Both the position numbers and the translations under genes were made by a program. Below the pieces are notes generated by a model. The model searched no databases. It worked only from the letters and a program-made list of their open reading frames with translations, and was not told the DNA's origin. Positions 59,343-64,000 of a stretch of DNA of 64,000 nucleotides are shown piece after piece (within the stretch, counting starts at the first letter, position 1; each line of letters starts with the position of its first letter). Source of the DNA: Candidatus Atabeyarchaeum deiterrae (GTDB lineage: Archaea > Asgardarchaeota > Atabeyarchaeia > Atabeyarchaeales > Atabeyarchaeaceae); contig CP147780.1 in the NCBI GenBank assembly GCA_037310415.1, positions 1,888,001 through 1,952,000 of the forward strand. The letters run 5' to 3'.

Positions 59343-60101
59343 TCATCTCCTAGAAATGATTTTCCGTATTTGCGGATGGTTAGCGGAACGTTTTGGTTTC
59401 TCTGTGGTGGCGCGTAATGAGAGTAGGTGTCCAAATCGAGTCTTCTTTGTCTCCAGATATGCTCGGTTGTACTTGTTGGGATGGGTTTCTATGGGGACTC
59501 TTTCCTCGATTTTCACACCGTAGCGCTCAAGCTCAGTGATCTTAGCGGGATTATTGGTCAGCAATCTGATGCTCCTCACGTCAAACTTCTTCAACATCGC
59601 GGCTGCCAATTCATAGGATCTTTCATCTGGTTTGAATCCTAGGTCAACATTAGCGTCATATGTATCTTCTCCAGCGTCCTCGAGCATGTAGGCTCTGATC
59701 TTATTTGTCAGCCCGATTCCTCTACCCTCTTGTTGCATGTAAAGCAGTATGCCAAGTCCTTGTCTTTCAATCATGTCTAATGACAGGTCAAGTTGGTCGC
59801 CGCAGTCACACCGCAGGGAGCCCAACGCATCACCAGTCGCACAGGAGGAGTGAAGTCGAGTAAGAATGTTCTCTCCGTGGAGAACGTTTCCTTTGACCAC
59901 CATAATGTGGTCTTTCTTGTCTTTATTGTTGAGAAAACCTACAACATTGAAGTGACCCCGTCGCGTCGGGAAATCAGCTATAGCTATTATCCGAAGGCAA
60001 AGTGATCTGTCGCAATTCTCGCAATCCCACTTAAGCGCGCAACTATTGTACTCTTCAATGTCCTCTTTTAACATTTGATTGTAAGATGCTTGTATCATCA
60101 A
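59343..60101 (-). CDS. ribA: GTP cyclohydrolase II
   Basis: RLHSSCATGDALGSLRCDCG, QEGRGIGL.NK, DTYDAN, LLTNNP.K, N..YL.TK. Confidence 0.93.
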   Translation of the reverse strand: MMIQASYNQMLKEDIEEYNSCALKWDCENCDRSLCLRIIAIADFPTRRGHFNVVGFLNNKDKKDHIMVVKGNVLHGENILTRLHSSCATGDALGSLRCDCGDQLDLSLDMIERQGLGILLYMQQEGRGIGLTNKIRAYMLEDAGEDTYDANVDLGFKPDERSYELAAAMLKKFDVRSIRLLTNNPAKITELERYGVKIEERVPIETHPNKYNRAYLETKKTRFGHLLSLRATTEKPKRSANHPQIRKIISRR

Positions 60102-60390
60102 GATTCATCCCAAGATAGGCCAATTATAGATAAACTGTTGAGTGGAGCAGAAAAGCATTTGCTTTTGCTAAATGAAGTGCCACACTACGTTTTGAATTGG
60201 TCTACTTCCTCTTGTATGAACTCCTTTTTCTTAAGCCATTTCCTAGACTCAGTTCTGAAGTGCACCCAATTCACCCCAAGTGGATTGTCTTCAATACAGC
60301 AATAGCTTCTACCAACATCGAGCCGGAATGCTTGATAATCACTGACGCTAGGTGCGTCCAGTGTGGATGGTCATGTTCTTGGTGATTCGT

Positions 60391-60999
60391 TTACTTCTTC
60401 AGTTCTCCAAGAAGGCAGTAGTGCCAAGTTGAGTCTACCCAAATCCGGTGAATTCTGAAGTTGCTGAATTCCTTCTTTAGTAAGCGTTCATTGAAGATGT
60501 AGTGAGTCAATCCTTTGTCTGGGCCATCCAATGGAATGAACGTTCTTGGCGCAATGGTCTTTGAGGCTCTCACGTTTCTCTTGAGCACTGTTATGAACAG
60601 AAGACCGGACGGCCTTAGTATTCTCTCCATTTCTTTGATCAGTTTTCGTATGTCTTCAATCACAGAGTGATGCATGACTTCGACACTGATTATTGCGTCG
60701 AAGAATTCATCCGGATAAGGAAGCTTGTCATAGATATTCCCTATCTTTAGATCAGCTTTGAGGTTGCGTTCCTTCAGCCATGATTCAGTGAGTCGCATCC
60801 CTTCTCTCGCAATATCAATTCCATGCACCTCAAAGTCCATCTCTGCTAAGTAAACTGTATGTCTGCCCGACCCGAACCCCAAATCAAGAATTCTCTTCAC
60901 ACCATGTTCTTTGAAGAGTTCTGAGACCTTGGGAATATCCTCTTGGACTTCGGTGAATATCCTTCCCTCTCTTTTGAAAGCTTCATTCCATTGTTGCAT
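60391..60999 (-). CDS. Class I SAM-dependent methyltransferase
   Basis: ILDLGFGSGRH, HGIDIA, LPYPDEFFDAII, ILRPSG. Confidence 0.88.
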   Translation of the reverse strand: MQQWNEAFKREGRIFTEVQEDIPKVSELFKEHGVKRILDLGFGSGRHTVYLAEMDFEVHGIDIAREGMRLTESWLKERNLKADLKIGNIYDKLPYPDEFFDAIISVEVMHHSVIEDIRKLIKEMERILRPSGLLFITVLKRNVRASKTIAPRTFIPLDGPDKGLTHYIFNERLLKKEFSNFRIHRIWVDSTWHYCLLGELKK

Positions 61000-61318
61000 A
61001 TGAAACACAATTGCTACACATGGATCCACAGGGATTTGAATCTTGAGACGCTTCATGCAAATCCTTGATTCGTTCCAGAGGAGTATGGTACGCTGCGCAT
61101 TTTGTAGGCAAGCATTGCCCTGATTTTCTCCTTAAGCCTATTGCCTGAAAGGACCTCCAGTTGCTCGAAGGGTGACTTCCACTCTCCAAAGAAGAGTTCT
61201 GAAATGGTCTTGTTAAGTCCACCTCCTTCGATCACGTTTAATACAAGAACAACCAACAACTAGAGAGTAGATGTCGTAAGCCACAGTTTGTGAAAAGAAT
61301 CGTTTGAGGAAGATCAAG

Positions 61319-62485
61319 ATGGAAAACAAGCTAAGGGCAATCAAATCAGCTCCAAGTAAGGAAGAGTTAGCTGGAAGACTCGAAAAAGTCAGAAACCTAA
61401 TGAAAAAGCAGAAATTGGACTACTATGTTTCCTTCGATCCAGTGAACATTTACTACCTAACCAATTTCGCGAACTATGTGCACGAGCGTCCCTTCGTCCT
61501 TGTAATTCCAAAAGAAGGGACCATGAAATTCGTTGTTCCTCTATTGGAAGCCACGCATGTAAGAACAAGGGCCAAATGTGACCTTGAACTAATCGAATAC
61601 TTTGAATTCCCAGCGCCAGAGGGAGAAAACTGGTACGATCGATATCATGGCCTGATCGAAAAGGACGCTCGAGTAGGCGTTGAGCCTGCAATGACGCTAA
61701 AAGTCTATGACAAGACTCCTGGAAAGAAGATCACAACGGATATCATTGACGAAGTGCGACTCATAAAAACCGATTATGAAATCGGTCGGACCGTGCACGC
61801 GTGTAGCGTCATAAGCAAAGGTCACGAGAAGCTGCTTGAGGTGTGTCGTCCTGGAGTGCCATTGTTCAAGGTATACAGCGAAGTCTCAAATTACATGATG
61901 ACAAGAATTTTGGGAGATATGCCAAACCTTAACCCCCTAGTCTCCAAACCTCAAGCTTACGCCTTACCTCCGAGTCTGTCTCACGACCCACATAACATGA
62001 CAAACATCTTCTTCGCGATGGAAAAAGGAGGACCCCACGTTTCAGGCGTAGGAGGCCAAATAGACGGCTATGGAGTAGAACTAGAAAGAAGTTTCTTCCT
62101 AGGCACGGTACCTGAGAAAGCAAGAGATCCTTATGGTGCCATGATGGAGAGTCGCTCCAAAGCGTACGAACTTGCAAAGCCAGGGGGCAATTTTAGCGAC
62201 ATTGATGCGGCAGTTCGCAAGGTATTGAAAGAAAGAGGTTACGTGGATAGAATCCTTCACCGTACCGGACACGGTTTGGGAATCACCGGGCACGAAGGAC
62301 CTTTTCTAGCTTTGGGATACGATCGGGAACTCCAAGCAGGCATGATTGTCAGCATCGAACCAGGTATCTATATTCCAGGTGTGGGAGGTTTTCGGCATTC
62401 TGATACTGTCTTAATTACGGATGAGGGGAATGTCCGCCTAACCGAAGCTCCTGATACACTTGAGGAACTGACAATCTCTCTCTAA
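61319..62485 (+). CDS. M24 (Xaa-Pro peptidase/creatinase) family hydrolase
   Basis: Creatinase-type N-domain, HDPH, GYGVELERS, HRTGHGLG..GHE, IEPGIY, GGFRHSDT. Confidence 0.88.
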   Translation: MENKLRAIKSAPSKEELAGRLEKVRNLMKKQKLDYYVSFDPVNIYYLTNFANYVHERPFVLVIPKEGTMKFVVPLLEATHVRTRAKCDLELIEYFEFPAPEGENWYDRYHGLIEKDARVGVEPAMTLKVYDKTPGKKITTDIIDEVRLIKTDYEIGRTVHACSVISKGHEKLLEVCRPGVPLFKVYSEVSNYMMTRILGDMPNLNPLVSKPQAYALPPSLSHDPHNMTNIFFAMEKGGPHVSGVGGQIDGYGVELERSFFLGTVPEKARDPYGAMMESRSKAYELAKPGGNFSDIDAAVRKVLKERGYVDRILHRTGHGLGITGHEGPFLALGYDRELQAGMIVSIEPGIYIPGVGGFRHSDTVLITDEGNVRLTEAPDTLEELTISL

Positions 62486-62775
62486 TACAAGTTAGACGTG
62501 AAAGAGTACATTGCCGCGCAATGATCGCGGCACTTCGAAGCGCCTCGTTTGAAATGCATTTGAACCGTCGAATTCATCTCACAGGTCTCAGATGCCCAGC
62601 TGAGCCGTGGGTAAGTCTGCAATGCTTACGATGATGACGTGGAAGATCACGCCCATTCTCTGCGAAGTTCCTCCTGTTTAGGTTGCGCAGTTGCACAATG
62701 AAAGAACAATCAAAAAACAGATTGCCATTATTCTAGGCATGATCTTATATCTTGATTTCACCCGAGTACGTTCCA

Positions 62776-62808
62776 TCCAGCTGACGGCCGGGCCCCCGTC
62801 ACGCTGGA
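62776..62808 (+). other. Strong 12-bp stem-loop in a probable 5' leader
   Basis: TCCAGC-TGACGG / CCGTCA-c-GCTGGA with one bulge; lies between CTTATAT (about 62745) and GGAGG (62830). Confidence 0.5.
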
Positions 62809-62840
62809 ACTGTGAGAAGGAACCCGAAAGGAGGGAATCG

Positions 62841-63629
62841 GTCAAAATAGAGGGAATACTTGGGAACTTCGCTAAAACAGTGAATTCTTTCGTGAATTCC
62901 GCTAAGGGTCTGAATGGTAAGAAAATTGCTGTAGCCCTTTTTTTGGGTATGGCAGTCGGGGGATTGGTGTTAGGAGGGACGGTGGCGATCGTTCGGATGC
63001 AGCAGAATCATGCGGTTCAACTTGATAATTCCGTTTCTCAGTTGAATACGCATGGCATTGGTCAGCAAACCTGTGCGTCAGCGCCAGGTGGAGGCTCGCC
63101 ACAGGATTTGAGGACGGATGAGATCGTGCCGGTATCGGAATGTAAGAATGTTTACGGTTTGAACACCGAACAAGGCACGATCGAGGTCGTAGATTCCTGG
63201 ATTAGTGATCCTCTGCCGCTTTGCATCAGCAACGACACTGTTAGCTCGTGGTACGCTTTACTCGACGTACGTGGTGGCTACACACCGTATGATGGGTTCG
63301 TTTGCGTCCAGCAGAAGGGCGACTGGGCAGGGAAGATATACCTGTCCTGGCAGTACGTGGAGCATCTTCCATGCTGCGCTGATGAATGGAAGCTCACGTA
63401 CTATGTAAAACAGCCATTCTGCCTCGACAGCAACCAATACCCGCAGTTCATTGGAGACGCTGTGATAGCGCCAACCGGGCAGCAGACGATACCTGGCAAA
63501 GAGGTAAATCTGTACTACGAGTCGTTCTGGAAGGGGTGTCACCAACCGAACCAGTTCTTCACGATAATATCGGCACAAAAAGATCTCGAGTTCTTTGATA
63601 TCCTCCCTTCCCCCCAATCCCCTTTGTAA
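62841..63629 (+). CDS. Membrane-anchored/secreted Cys-containing hypothetical protein (start uncertain)
   Basis: KKIAVALFLGMAVGGLVLGGTVAIV anchor followed by a beta-rich domain; GGAGG at 62830. Confidence 0.65.
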   Translation, partial: VKIEGILGNFAKTVNSFVNSAKGLNGKKIAVALFLGMAVGGLVLGGTVAIVRMQQNHAVQLDNSVSQLNTHGIGQQTCASAPGGGSPQDLRTDEIVPVSECKNVYGLNTEQGTIEVVDSWISDPLPLCISNDTVSSWYALLDVRGGYTPYDGFVCVQQKGDWAGKIYLSWQYVEHLPCCADEWKLTYYVKQPFCLDSNQYPQFIGDAVIAPTGQQTIPGKEVNLYYESFWKGCHQPNQFFTIISAQKDLEFFDILPSPQSPL

Positions 63630-63759
63630 CTCTAGGTCCTCCGATGACTGCACCTGCCTATCGGCTTTTCTTGGTGGTGACCAAGAGCTGCTAGTTCAGA
63701 GGTACTCTGGATGCCACAGAAAACCTAGAGCCTAGTAAAACCGCAGAGGATAACAAGAT

Positions 63760-63786
63760 CTTCCGCGTAACCGCCGCGCGCGGAAG
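63760..63786 (-). terminator. GC-rich hairpin just after the stop of the last gene
   Basis: CTTCCGCG-N11-CGCGGAAG. Confidence 0.4.
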
Positions 63787-63792
63787 TTCTCT

Positions 63793-63999
63793 TCAAGAAT
63801 GTTCTTTGGGATCTTCCCTCGTGCTTCCAGGAAGAGATTCTTCCCCCGCTCCCCCGGTCTCCGCCGTGCAGTACTCCACGCGTTCCAACAGGTTCCTGAG
63901 CCTTTCTTTCCTTGGCAGACACTCTTCCTGCAATTGTCTGAGACTACCCACGCTTTTCTGCAACTGTTCTATGCTCAGTTTGTCTTCTTTAAGGTCTTC
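63793..63999 (-). CDS. C-terminal part of a hypothetical helical protein (runs off the window end)
   Basis: Open frame EDLKEDKLSIEQLQKSVGSLRQLQEECLPRKERLRNLLERVEYC...KEHS*. Confidence 0.55.
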   Translation of the reverse strand, partial: EDLKEDKLSIEQLQKSVGSLRQLQEECLPRKERLRNLLERVEYCTAETGGAGEESLPGSTREDPKEHS

Positions 64000-64000
64000 T

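Noticed and set aside
61053-61259. 68-aa minus-strand ORF upstream of the methyltransferase
   Set aside because: An SD-like GGAGGTG is present but has no usable start at proper spacing and there are no motifs; at most a remnant.
63725-63922. 65-aa ORF from the track
   Set aside because: A different minus-strand frame (63793 to the window end) is open and more protein-like.
1-64000. CRISPR array, tRNA or rRNA genes
   Set aside because: No regularly spaced repeats, cloverleaf/T-loop signatures or rRNA-like tracts were recognised by eye; a covariance search was not possible.

Overview
Archaeal chromosomal segment with about 70 CDS, archaeal promoters (TTAAATA-type TATA boxes), GGAGG/GGTGA ribosome-binding sites and frequent TTG/GTG starts. 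A Rab/Ras-like small GTPase, two RING-like proteins and many zinc-ribbon proteins suggest an Asgard archaeon; this is inference, as no marker gene is present. Main loci, in order: a nurA-herA pair with no mre11/rad50 beside it; deoxyhypusine synthase; a four-gene minus-strand cluster (RLAN protein, RimK-type ATP-grasp ligase, GCS2 ligase, YkgJ Cys-cluster protein); an ABC-2 exporter; FOR-type tungsten oxidoreductase; two DUF72 genes; a corrinoid methyltransferase cluster (UroD/MtaA-type enzyme, corrinoid protein, orphan GcvH, MtrH-like enzyme) followed by an SCP2 lipid-carrier gene; PadR plus BtrH-like peptidase; a long accessory tract (~28-51 kb) of repair/detoxification and zinc-finger genes with some broken genes; a three-gene split glutamate synthase; bacterial-type ribA; and a creatinase-like M24 enzyme. 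The strongest non-annotated signal is a 71-bp promoter/operator cassette (65/71 identical) present twice, upstream of the methyltransferase gene and upstream of SCP2, pointing to a co-regulated cobalamin methyl-transfer system for a lipophilic substrate. Other signals: probable ATC and ATA start codons, a CTT-TGA +1 frameshift candidate and a solitary IS200/IS605-type end. No rRNA, tRNA or CRISPR array was recognised. All family assignments come from motif recognition by eye, not database searches.
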